Assembly: GCA_963921275.4 (NCBI GenBank)
Contig: OZ001293.3
Location: 2,016,001-2,080,000, forward strand
Direction of reading: 5' to 3'
Length of the DNA: 64,000 nucleotides
Source of the DNA: an uncultured Hormoscilla sp.
GTDB taxonomy: Bacteria; Cyanobacteriota; Cyanobacteriia; Cyanobacteriales; Desertifilaceae
Positions 55,135-64,000 of the stretch are shown here, piece after piece (the stretch's first letter is position 1; every line of letters starts with the position of its first letter). Made by a program: the position numbers and the translations under genes. The notes under the pieces were generated by a model, which worked only from the letters and a program-made list of their open reading frames with translations, ran no database searches and was not told where the DNA came from.

Positions 55135-56012
55135 GTTCGATCGCGTGATGATATTTGCAGTACGCGGTTCATCTGTGTTTTTCATCGGTAGCAGACCCAG
55201 AGATACCGATCGCCTGGGCCCTTTGAATGCCCGCGAATAGCATAGGCCATGTTGCATACTGCATATTCTGAACCACTGCGATCGAGAGGGAACTTTGGCG
55301 GTATAGTCAACACTTTATACCTCAAACCAGCGCTGGGCGAGGGAAATTGCTTCATTTGAAATCTGTCCGACTCGTCCCACTGGGACAAGGTTTGCCGCAG
55401 GATGGAGTTAATGCCATCACAACCAACCAGAAGGCGAGGCTCAAATCTGAAAACCTTGCCGTTCTCTCCTTGACCAATAATCTGAAGTAACTCCGACTCG
55501 TTATTATCTTTAGCTATCCTGTTAATCTCGACACAGTCTGTGTTGAACAAGACTGTGATACAGTGCTGCCAATTGCATTCTATTTCCTGGTATAGCAACA
55601 GCAGAAATGCTCTGCGCGGTAGCCAGTAGGCAGTTTTCCGGTTTGGATTGGTAATGGGTAACTTTGATGTTTTCCGCTTGCCATTAGACCGAATCACTGT
55701 TAAGTAAAATTCCGTATTGGGCACGCTGAGTTTTGCTAGCTGGTCCGTGAGTCCGATGAAGTCGGTGAATTTTTGACCCCGACCATCAATTTGATAAAGG
55801 AATGACTTATCAGGTTCATAGTAATCAGCCGATGGACGTTTTTCCAAGACGATTATATTTTTCCAACCCCGTTTGGCCAGCATTAAGACAGTGGCGAGTC
55901 CTGCTGGCCCGCCTCCCACGATCGCAGCGTTCACCATCCGATCGAGAATAAAATAAACTCCCTGTGCTGTCAAGGATTTTTCAGTAAGCATCATATTGTT
56001 GGCATTAGTCAT
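55135..56012 (-). pseudogene. FAD-dependent monooxygenase, 3'-truncated next to the IS end
   Basis: IVGGGPAG, LLVGCDGINS; second half with the GD motif is missing. Confidence 0.8.
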
Positions 56013-56100
56013 CAGTTTCTCCTGCTAGAAAGCGGATGAAGGCGATCTTGTTTTATTGGGAGCATCTCATATTTTATCTCCTACCCGGTGCGTTACGGGT

Positions 56101-56187
56101 CGGTATCTCCTGGGTAGTGCGAGTACGATGTCCCTCGGGTAGTGCGATTAGCGCTCTCGGGGGACATCGAGCGACCAGGAGATACCG
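56101..56187 (+). repeat. Nested pair of family A hairpin elements
   Basis: Inner 44-nt copy 56126-56169 lies in the loop of the outer copy. Confidence 0.8.
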
Positions 56188-56256
56188 AAGACCGAAGGGC
56201 GATCGATGAAGCTTGTTACGAGGCCAAAAATGATCGCGCCCGCCCCGTAACGCACC

Positions 56257-56822
56257 CTACGTAACACTTGTTGTTATTCTTGAGTGCTGATTTCTGACCT
56301 TTGCTAATTTACTCTCGATAAAATCGTCTATATCTGAGACAAAAACACCGGATTGAAGTTTAATTTCCAAAGCTTCTGCTACTTCTATCACATCCAGAAA
56401 GCTAGAATTTTGATAGTTGCGGTCTTCATATTCCTTAATTGTATATTCGGAAATTACTGTAAGTTCCGCTAACTCTTTGGGGCTAATTTTAGCGGCTATC
56501 CTAGCTTCGATCAGAATCTGAACGATCGCCTTGTCTATGGTGAGGTCAGATGTTTGTAAAACTAAAGGTTGTTCCCGATCGTGGGCCTTGAGTGCTTCAT
56601 ATTCAGCAATTTCAGACTGTAATGCTTCCATCTGGCTTTGATAAGAATCTTGAAGCAGTTGCCATCCATCGGTGTCCCCCGAGAGCGCTACTCGCACTAC
56701 CCGGGGAACACCGCAGGATCGTTGGTTTTCTTTTCTTCATTTTGACGCAGTGAGGCGATCGCTTTGGAAAACCTTTCCGCCCAATATTTGGTTACACCAT
56801 ACTCATGTTCGTTTTTAATCAT
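56257..56822 (-). pseudogene. XRE-family HTH protein frameshifted by a 44-nt hairpin insertion (56670-56713)
   Basis: MIKNEHEYGVTK...TNDP|DGWQLLQDSY...LIEARIAAKISPKELAE; removing exactly 44 nt restores the frame. Confidence 0.85.
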
Positions 56823-57257
56823 GGTTCCCACCTCGATAAATCTATGGCAATGATGCCTTGTAAATTTTGTTTTCTGTCCCGCTGAAAGAAGTCTATTGAC
56901 TATACCATCATCCACTGGCTGATCTGATGGAAAAACTTCGCCTCTATACTTAGCTTTTTGAGCCGCCCGGTCATAAATTTTTAGCAATGTCATTCTCCCT
57001 CAGAAAGTCAATATCAACATCCTCTCTGTCTCAACAAGCATCAAAGTCTCCTGGATTGGGGTTATTTGTAACAAAGCTACCATTAATGTAGATTGTGCGA
57101 CATCCGGCTGCAAGTAAGCGGTTCCATTACTTGCTCAAGTCCATCGATTAGTCGTTGGCGACAGAAGTTACTGCAAAATCGTTCTTTAAACTCTGACCAG
57201 TCAGCCCAATGTATTCGGAGGAGGTAGGTTGCCGTTTTCATCAAAGGGCGGTATCAT
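56820..57257 (-). pseudogene. DUF6932-like (nucleotidyltransferase-fold) protein with multiple frameshifts
   Basis: MIPPFDENGNLPP, IYINGSFVT, PGDFDAC and AQKAKYRGEVFP pieces. Confidence 0.7.
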
Positions 57258-57616
57258 TATTTATTTTTTTTGAACGCAATCCGATAATAATAAACTAAAA
57301 GTATCTACGAATACGGTCATTTCACGCTCTTGAACTTAACTTTACCTCCATTGTAGCCAGACTCTATGGAAATGCGCGTCCTAGAGCTGAACAGCGGCAT
57401 TTTCTGACGGCAAGTTGCCGCAAATATATTTCATCTGCAGCTAAGTGACTATAGTTGACCAGAAGTTTGGAGAAACTACCTCATGATAGAGATCGCAACC
57501 TGATATAATGAAAGATTAGTCTTGGCAGCACCAGAAAGAGTGGCAACAGCTGCCAGATCGGGTGCCGAGTGGTCAAAAGCAATTGTCGTCTTAGCGTCTA
57601 CCCATTGTATAAGATT

Positions 57617-59787
57617 ATGAGCGATCCGATTCGTTTTCTGATGTGCGCCCCCGACCACTATGATATGGATTACGTGATCAATCCCTGGATGGAGGGGAAC
57701 GTTCACAAATCATCCCGCGATCGGGCCGTGGTACAGTGGCAAAAACTCTACCACATTCTCAAAGACAATGCGATCGTCGATTTAGTCAACCCCGAACAGG
57801 GCTGGCCGGACATGGTGTTCACCGCCAATGCTGGTCTAGTCTTGGGAGAGAACATCGTCCTCAGTCGCTTCCTGCATAAAGAACGACAAGGAGAGGAACC
57901 TTACTTCAAAGCCTGGTTTGAGTCAAAGGGCTACACTGTCTACGAACTACCCCAAGATTTACCCTTTGAAGGTGCCGGTGATGCCCTGTTAGACCGAGAA
58001 AAACGTTGGTTATGGGCGGGTTACGGCTTCCGTTCGGAATTAGACTCTCATCCCTACATCGCCGAGTGGTTGGACATCGAAGTGCTACCCTTGCGCCTAA
58101 TGGATGAACGGTTTTATCACCTGGATACTTGCTTCTGTTCCCTGACGAGAGGCTATTTGCTTTACTATCCTCCCGCTTTTGACGGTTACTCTAATCGCTT
58201 AATCGAAATGCGGGTGCCAGCGGAAAAGCGGATAGCGATCGCCGAAGCGGATGCAGTCAACTTCGCCTGCAACGCGGTGAATATTGACCAAACCGTGGTG
58301 ATGAACAAGGTGAGTGACGACCTCAAACAACGGCTGGCATCGGTAGAGTATAAGGTAATCGAAACGCCCCTGACGGAATTTCTGAAGGCGGGTGGGGCTG
58401 CTAAATGTCTGACCCTGCGGGTTACGGAGCCAGTGCAACCAGATATTCATGCCGCAATTACTGTGGAGAGTCGTACCATTCAGATGTCGGGACATCTGTT
58501 GGATGCGGGCTTGCTCAATCAGGCTTTAGACTTGATTGTCGAAGGTGGCGGTAGCTTCAAGGTGCTCAACTTCAACCTGGGAATAGAACGACAAAGTACC
58601 TCCCAAGCGGATGTGAGAGTCTCTGCTCCGGCCCGTGAGGTGATGGAAGAAATCATGTCCTCCCTGATCGATATAGGGGCTGTGGCTCTGCCCGAAGAGG
58701 TTTGCGATGCCAAGCGGGAACCGGTGACCCAGGCGGGGGTGGCCGCAGATGATTTCTACGTGACGACGATTTATCCCACGGAAGTGCGCATTAATTGTGA
58801 GTGGGTAAGAGTGCAAAATCAGCGCATGGATGGACGATCGCGGTTACCCATACCCCCGAGGGTCCAGTTGCGCAATGCAAGTTACTCCGGGATTTGCAAG
58901 TCGGGGAAATCGCGGTTACCCATACCCCCGAGGGTCCAGTTGCGCAATGCAAGTTACTCCGGGATTTGCAAGTCGGGGAAGAGGTAATTGTCGGCGTAGA
59001 AGGAATTCGCACTGTCCGGGATCCCGAGTCCCGGGAGCAACGAGGTCAGCAGGAATTCAGCTTTATGAGTGGCGGTGTTTCTAGCGAACGCCGGGTGGAA
59101 TTGGTAGTGGAGCAAATTGCCTGGGACTTGCGACATATTCGCGATCGGGGCGGTAAGGTTGTGGTCACTGCTGGACCGGTGGTCATTCATACGGGCGGTA
59201 GCGAACACCTGGCCCGTCTGATTTGCGATGGTTACGCCCTGCTGGGCGGAAATGCGATCGCGGTTCACGACATCGAACAATCCTTGATGGGGACTTCCTT
59301 AGGAGTAGACATGAAGCAGGGAGTTGCCGTCCATAGGGGACATCGCCATCACATCAAGACCATTAATGCGATTCGTCGCTGTGGCAGTATTGCTAAGGCT
59401 GTGGAGCAAGGTGTTCTCAAAAATGGCATCATGTACGAATGCGTGCGCAACAATGTGCCCTTCTCCCTGGCAGGTTCCATTCGGGATGACGGTCCCCTGC
59501 CAGATACCCAGATGGATTTGATTAAAGCACAGCAGGAATATGCCCAGTTGCTCAAAGATGCAGACATGATTCTCATGCTCTCTTCCATGCTGCACTCGAT
59601 CTGGGTCGGGAATATGACTCCTGCGGGAGTGAAGATGGTCTGCGTGGATATTAATCCTGCGGGAGTGACTAAGTTGAGCGATCGGGGTTCGATCGAATCT
59701 GTCGGTGTGGTAACAGACGTGGGGCTATTCTTGAGTCTGTTAGTGCAGCAGTTGGATAAGTTGACCAGTCCTTATCAGGTAGCTTAA
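57617..59787 (+). pseudogene. argZ: Arginine dihydrolase/ornithine cyclodeaminase (ArgZ/AgrE, TIGR00300), frameshifted
   Basis: INPWM, PDMVFTAN, YHLDTCF, GGAAKCLTL; LOR/SDH GHLLD; VSSER, LAGSIRDDGPLP; -1 frameshift near 58835 and a 72-bp duplication. Confidence 0.9.
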
Positions 59788-60009
59788 CTCCCATTGTCAT
59801 CCCCACCCGTTCAGCCCAAGTGTGGTCAAAAGTAGTTGTATTAGTGGGGAACTCTTCACAGCTCACAATGAACGGTTGCCAACGGGCGCAAGACTACACC
59901 CAATGAAGTTCTCCGTTCGGAGTTCTCCGTTCGGAGTTAGAGCAGTTCTAGGGTACTTTTACTTCAACTTGCACCTACTATAATCTAACCAGTGCTCTAC
60001 TGTTGGGGT

Positions 60010-60104
60010 TTCAAACCCCGACCGAGAGGTTTGAAACCCCAACCGAGAGGTTTAAAACCCCAACCGAGAGGTTTAAAACCCCGACCGAGAGGTTTAAAAA
60101 CCTC
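60010..60104. repeat. 21-bp tandem repeat AAACCCC(G/A)ACCGAGAGGTTT
   Basis: Four full units plus a partial one. Confidence 0.9.
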
Positions 60105-60501
60105 AACTCAGAACGCCGAAATCCGAACTCCTTCCCTCACGTAGGGCACCGGTTAGATTGGGTGCGCTCACTTGTAGTTGATAGCCGGGTGCATCTGGTG
60201 ATGCATGTAATATAGCCCGCCTGCGCAGGCTTTGGTTGTAGAGTTAGGTTCGGATAAGCCTTGCCTGGTGGAGCGATCGCCTGCTGCGGGGGTAAGGGAT
60301 CTCAGAAATGGTGGATAGAACACAGCTAATCTTGACTGCAACGAAGCTACTATCTCTGACATATACTTCTTCAGCAAGAGAGTTAGAGGAGATGATGGAT
60401 GCGCAGTTAACTAATTTGCCATCCGGTGAGGACTGGAAGTTTTAAGATTGAGGATAAGAAGGGCGATCGCACTCCGAAATATCCTATAATATAAATATCA
60501 G

Positions 60502-61038
60502 ATGCAGCGAGAGGTAAAAACCATGACACAGGAACTAATCGACCTGAGAACTAGCATATTGGAGGAACGCTATGCAGATGCTTTGGCCATTGTGGACGAA
60601 CTTGAAGGAATGAGTAAACAAGGAATTCTGCGTAACATCGAATCTTTTTTGCGCCCGATGATGATTCACTTAATCAAAAACCAAGTTGAGCAGCGCTTAA
60701 CTAATTCTTGGGCGGCTTCAATTGAAGGTTCGCTCCTCGAAATTAAAAAGCTGAATCTCAAAGATAATAAAACATCTTACTATATCAAGCAGGATGAATG
60801 GAAGGATTTTTGGGAATCGGCAATTTCGGAAGCACTTCGTCCAGTAAGCATAGAAATTATGAATGGAAAACTAAATCGATCTCAACTTGCAGATAGAATA
60901 GATAAAACGCAGTTGATATCAGCGGCGAATCAATTACTTGCTCTGACTTACAATCATTCAGTCAAGGAGTTACCAGATATCATTGACGCGCAGTTAATTC
61001 AGTTGCCAGGAGGTGAAGACTGGGAACGCAAGCTTTGA
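60502..61038 (+). CDS. DUF29 family protein
   Basis: MTQELIDLRTSILE..Y, MIHLIKNQVEQRLTNSW, LPGGEDW. Confidence 0.85.
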   Translation: MQREVKTMTQELIDLRTSILEERYADALAIVDELEGMSKQGILRNIESFLRPMMIHLIKNQVEQRLTNSWAASIEGSLLEIKKLNLKDNKTSYYIKQDEWKDFWESAISEALRPVSIEIMNGKLNRSQLADRIDKTQLISAANQLLALTYNHSVKELPDIIDAQLIQLPGGEDWERKL

Positions 61039-61095
61039 AAATCGAGGATAATTTGGACGTTCGCACCCTTAAATATCCTATAATATAAATATCCG

Positions 61096-61635
61096 ATGCA
61101 GCGAGAGGTAAAAACCATGACACAGGAACTAATCGACCTGAGAACTAGCATCTTAGAAGAACGATATGCCGATGCTTTACTAATTGTGGATGAACTAGAA
61201 GGCATGAGCAAAAAAGCAATTCTGCGGAATATCCAATCCTTTTTAATCAGGATGATGATTCACTTGATTAAAAACCAAGTTGAGCAGCGCTTAACCAATT
61301 CTTGGGTGGCTTCAATAGAAGGTTCTCTCTTTGAGATCCAAGATTTAAATCTCAAAGAGAATCAAACATCATATTACATCAAGCCTGATGAATGGGAGCC
61401 ATTTCTGGAAAAAGCAATTGAATTAGCAATTCGTCCAGCAAGTATGGAGGTGTTGAATGGAAAACTAAGTCGCTCTCAACTCTCAGAGAGAATAGATAGA
61501 ACACAGTTGATATCGGTGGCAAATCAATTACTTGCTCTGAGTTACACCCATTCAGTCAAGGAGTTACCAGATATCATTGACGAGCAGTTAACTCAGTTGC
61601 CAGGAGGTGAAGAATGGGAGTTTGAAAATAGATGA
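61096..61635 (+). CDS. DUF29 family protein (tandem paralogue)
   Basis: Same motifs; duplicated upstream region. Confidence 0.85.
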   Translation: MQREVKTMTQELIDLRTSILEERYADALLIVDELEGMSKKAILRNIQSFLIRMMIHLIKNQVEQRLTNSWVASIEGSLFEIQDLNLKENQTSYYIKPDEWEPFLEKAIELAIRPASMEVLNGKLSRSQLSERIDRTQLISVANQLLALSYTHSVKELPDIIDEQLTQLPGGEEWEFENR

Positions 61636-61701
61636 GGATTTGGGCGATCGCTCCCGCCCCCCGATCGCACCAGATGATAATACAAATAGTGAGGGTTAGC
61701 T

Positions 61702-61905
61702 ATGACTAAAGGATTGATTGATACCTCAACAACAGCGAAAAAGCAGATAACGCTCTTGCGGAATTTACTTCAGCTACCGATAGCGGAACGCAATGCTTTG
61801 TTAGCTCAACAAGTGGCGACGATAACAGAATATTTTCGCCTCGGTTCTGAGGAGATAGAATGGGTGGAGGACTATATAGAAAATGACAACTGGGATGACG
61901 AATAA
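61702..61905 (+). CDS. Putative antitoxin
   Basis: 67 aa, acidic tail, overlaps the MazF-like gene start. Confidence 0.6.
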   Translation: MTKGLIDTSTTAKKQITLLRNLLQLPIAERNALLAQQVATITEYFRLGSEEIEWVEDYIENDNWDDE

Positions 61906-62251
61906 AGAACCATTACGTGGGTAAATTTGGCTGGTACAATTTAATCCAACGATCGGGGATGAGATCCAGAAAAAACGTCCTGCTGTGGTTATCAGTGCTG
62001 ATGGATTGGCGGGACTGAAAATTCGTCTGGTTATCCCGATCTCAGGTTAGAAATCAGCTTTTGTTACTATTCCTTGGATTGTGCAGATTGACCCCACACC
62101 GCAGAACGGTTTAACAAAGGTTTCTGCAGCGAACCCTTTGCAAACCATATCTGTTTTCCTGGAGCATTTTTCCGCACAAATGGGTGCTATTGAAGCAGAA
62201 AAGCTAGAAGCAATTGTGTTAGCATTAGCTCTGGTAGTTCAATCTACCTAA
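61895..62251 (+). pseudogene. PemK/MazF-family toxin with two nonsense codons
   Basis: PLRG*IWLVQFNPTIGDEIQKKRPAVVIS...PISG*...NGLTKVS. Confidence 0.88.
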
Positions 62252-62519
62252 GTGCTCGCTATTTTCCCTATACTACTATTCCTGAAACAGTAGGGTGGGC
62301 ATCACCTTACTCAGGCGATCCTATTGCGCAGCCGCTTCGCGATTGCTCTTTAGGATCGCCCCCCGATCGTACCGATCTGACGATGACGATCGCCCCCTGA
62401 TCGCACCAGATGATAATACGAATAGCAGTTGTAGGTTGGGTTGAGGTTCCTTACCCAACGGTCCAGATGTTGGCGTCGATCTGGTTGGGTTTCCTCTACT
62501 CAGTGCGCGTAGCGCTACG

Positions 62520-62885
62520 TCAACCCAACCTACGAAGATCGTTCATTGAAATGCTCCCTTGCTCAACCTGGGAAGCTTGTTGCTGCTTAATTTCACGGAA
62601 TTTTAGCACGAAAGGCGAGGGATGGCGATCGTACTCGGCTTCAGCTTTCAGACAATATTCTAACCAGTCTTTTACATACTTGCCTACAGTGTCACGATTT
62701 TCCAGATAGTACAAAATGGTAGCATAAACTTGCGCTAGACTGACTGTATAAAATTGCTGGCCGATCGCCTCTGCTGTCTGATTACAATAGATGTATTCGT
62801 AGAGGATATGCTCGATCCCAACCCGCGTACCTTTAACCCGAATATCTTCAGGACTTAGAAAACGAAAATAATCTTCTATCTGCAT
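62520..62885 (-). CDS. DUF433 family protein
   Basis: IRVKGTRVGIEHIL...SLAQVYATILYY. Confidence 0.85.
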   Translation of the reverse strand: MQIEDYFRFLSPEDIRVKGTRVGIEHILYEYIYCNQTAEAIGQQFYTVSLAQVYATILYYLENRDTVGKYVKDWLEYCLKAEAEYDRHPSPFVLKFREIKQQQASQVEQGSISMNDLRRLG

Positions 62886-63001
62886 GGTGTTAATCCTCCT
62901 ACTTTACTGCTTGCTAGTTATATAGGCGATATTTATTCGCCCCCCGATCGCCTCATCTCGTTGACGACAACTCTAATTCTGAATGAGCATAAATTGCATC
63001 A

Positions 63002-63310
63002 TCATTTTCCACCTTCCCGAACAGTAACAGTTAATTCTAATCCGAGATGTTTGAGCCAATCTGCTAAACTATAAATAGCATCGCTGCCGCGTTTTTCCAA
63101 CAATTCATCTAGTTTTTCTTCATGCAGTTTAGCTTGTTCTGGAGACATATACAATTCACCCAAAGCTGACACTACATCTTTAAGTGCTAGCAGCAGCAGT
63201 TCCGGTTCCGGGTCTTCTTCTTGTAAGATTGCCCAGAGATAACCCGCTGCTTCTACAGGTTCTTTGAGTGATTCAATCAGATATTCTTGGTAGCTTCTAC
63301 TTTTTGGCAT
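63002..63310 (-). CDS. Addiction-module antidote-like protein
   Basis: YQEYLIESLKEPVEAAGYL...ALKDV...LGLEL; directly downstream of the RelE gene. Confidence 0.75.
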   Translation of the reverse strand: MPKSRSYQEYLIESLKEPVEAAGYLWAILQEEDPEPELLLLALKDVVSALGELYMSPEQAKLHEEKLDELLEKRGSDAIYSLADWLKHLGLELTVTVREGGK

Positions 63311-63313
63311 TTT

Positions 63314-63640
63314 CTATCTCCTGTAGTCTTCCCAATATTCGATCGCTTTGCGAATGTCTTGCTGTTGAGTGCTTTTATCTCCGCCACAAAGAAGAAGTAC
63401 AATCCTAGTTCCGATTTGGACAAAATAGATTCTGTAGCCAGGACCATAGTCAATTCTGAATTCGCAAACTCCTGCTCCAACGGAACGATAGTCCACTAGA
63501 TTGCCAAGAGCAATTCGCCTCAGCCTTGCCTTTATTATGTTTTTAGCTTTGGAATCTCGAAGGGCATTAAGCCACTCTTCAAAAGGACTTCTTTCATCGA
63601 GGGTCTGGTAGTTTTCGATTTCCAGTGGTTGTGCTGACAT
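63314..63640 (-). CDS. RelE/ParE (HigB-like) toxin
   Basis: PFEEWL, EFRIDYGPGYRIYF, LLCGGDKSTQQQDI. Confidence 0.9.
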   Translation of the reverse strand: MSAQPLEIENYQTLDERSPFEEWLNALRDSKAKNIIKARLRRIALGNLVDYRSVGAGVCEFRIDYGPGYRIYFVQIGTRIVLLLCGGDKSTQQQDIRKAIEYWEDYRR

Positions 63641-63759
63641 GATTTGATTATAGCTGATTATCCGCACCAAGGATAAGCGATCGCATTTTTTGATTAGATC
63701 GCCATGTGCTGCTAAACTATAAATGGTTCACTATAGGCGATCGCTCCTTTTCTTTTAAT

Positions 63760-63999
63760 TTAGCTCAAGTCAATGCCTAGGAAGCGGTCCAAAAGTCGGG
63801 AACGCCAGACATGGCGCAGCACTAAACACCATATCAGTGCGATCGCACCTAAGAACAAATAGTCGATCGGGCTCAGCAGGGACAGCTCGAAAAATTCCCG
63901 CAGGGGCTTCACAGCCAAAATGATCCCATAGATCCCGATCAGGATCGAAGCGACGATCGAATAGCGCCAGTCCCCACTCAGGAGTTCGCCCCCTACCCA
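63760..63999 (-). CDS. C-terminus of a membrane protein, probably a cation-transporting P-type ATPase; starts outside the window
   Basis: Different frame from the ORF track: WVGGELLSGDWRYSIVASILIGIYGIILAVKPLREFFEL...LLDRFLGIDLS*. Confidence 0.65.
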   Translation of the reverse strand, partial: WVGGELLSGDWRYSIVASILIGIYGIILAVKPLREFFELSLLSPIDYLFLGAIALIWCLVLRHVWRSRLLDRFLGIDLS

Positions 64000-64000
64000 T

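Noticed and set aside
60003..60215. CRISPR array or a real TPTERFK repeat protein
   Set aside because: Spacerless 21-bp tandem repeat; the ORF is a by-product of the repeat period.
63770..64000. 76-aa ORF from the track
   Set aside because: Wrong frame; the neighbouring frame encodes a convincing membrane-protein C-terminus.

Overview
Filamentous cyanobacterial DNA (dense HIP1 GCGATCGC sites, psbU, xisH/xisI, PEP-CTERM, Uma2 and DUF29 families). The region is heavily eroded, which suggests a host-associated Oscillatoriales lineage such as Hormoscilla (inference only). Intact genes include treS, trpE, acnB, mltA, a heme catalase, uppP, an FHA-adenylate cyclase and psbU. They sit among pseudogenes, IS elements (IS982, ISAzo13, IS5, IS256, ISL2/IS702-like), MITEs, tandem paralogues and toxin-antitoxin relics. 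Four features stand out. (1) Three tandem ~310-340 bp structured non-coding units (32691-33650) lie downstream of a small Mo-nitrogenase-C-terminal-domain gene, with a conserved scaffold and variable internal loops. (2) A family of ~44-nt hairpin micro-elements with covarying stems inserts without target duplication, nests in itself and disrupts genes. (3) There are two ORF-less group II introns; one sits inside an IS256 that is itself inside an ISL2-like element, and shows a clear EBS1/IBS1 match. (4) A decayed TerB-TerB-cyclodipeptide synthase locus is present. All family assignments come from motif recognition; no searches were run.
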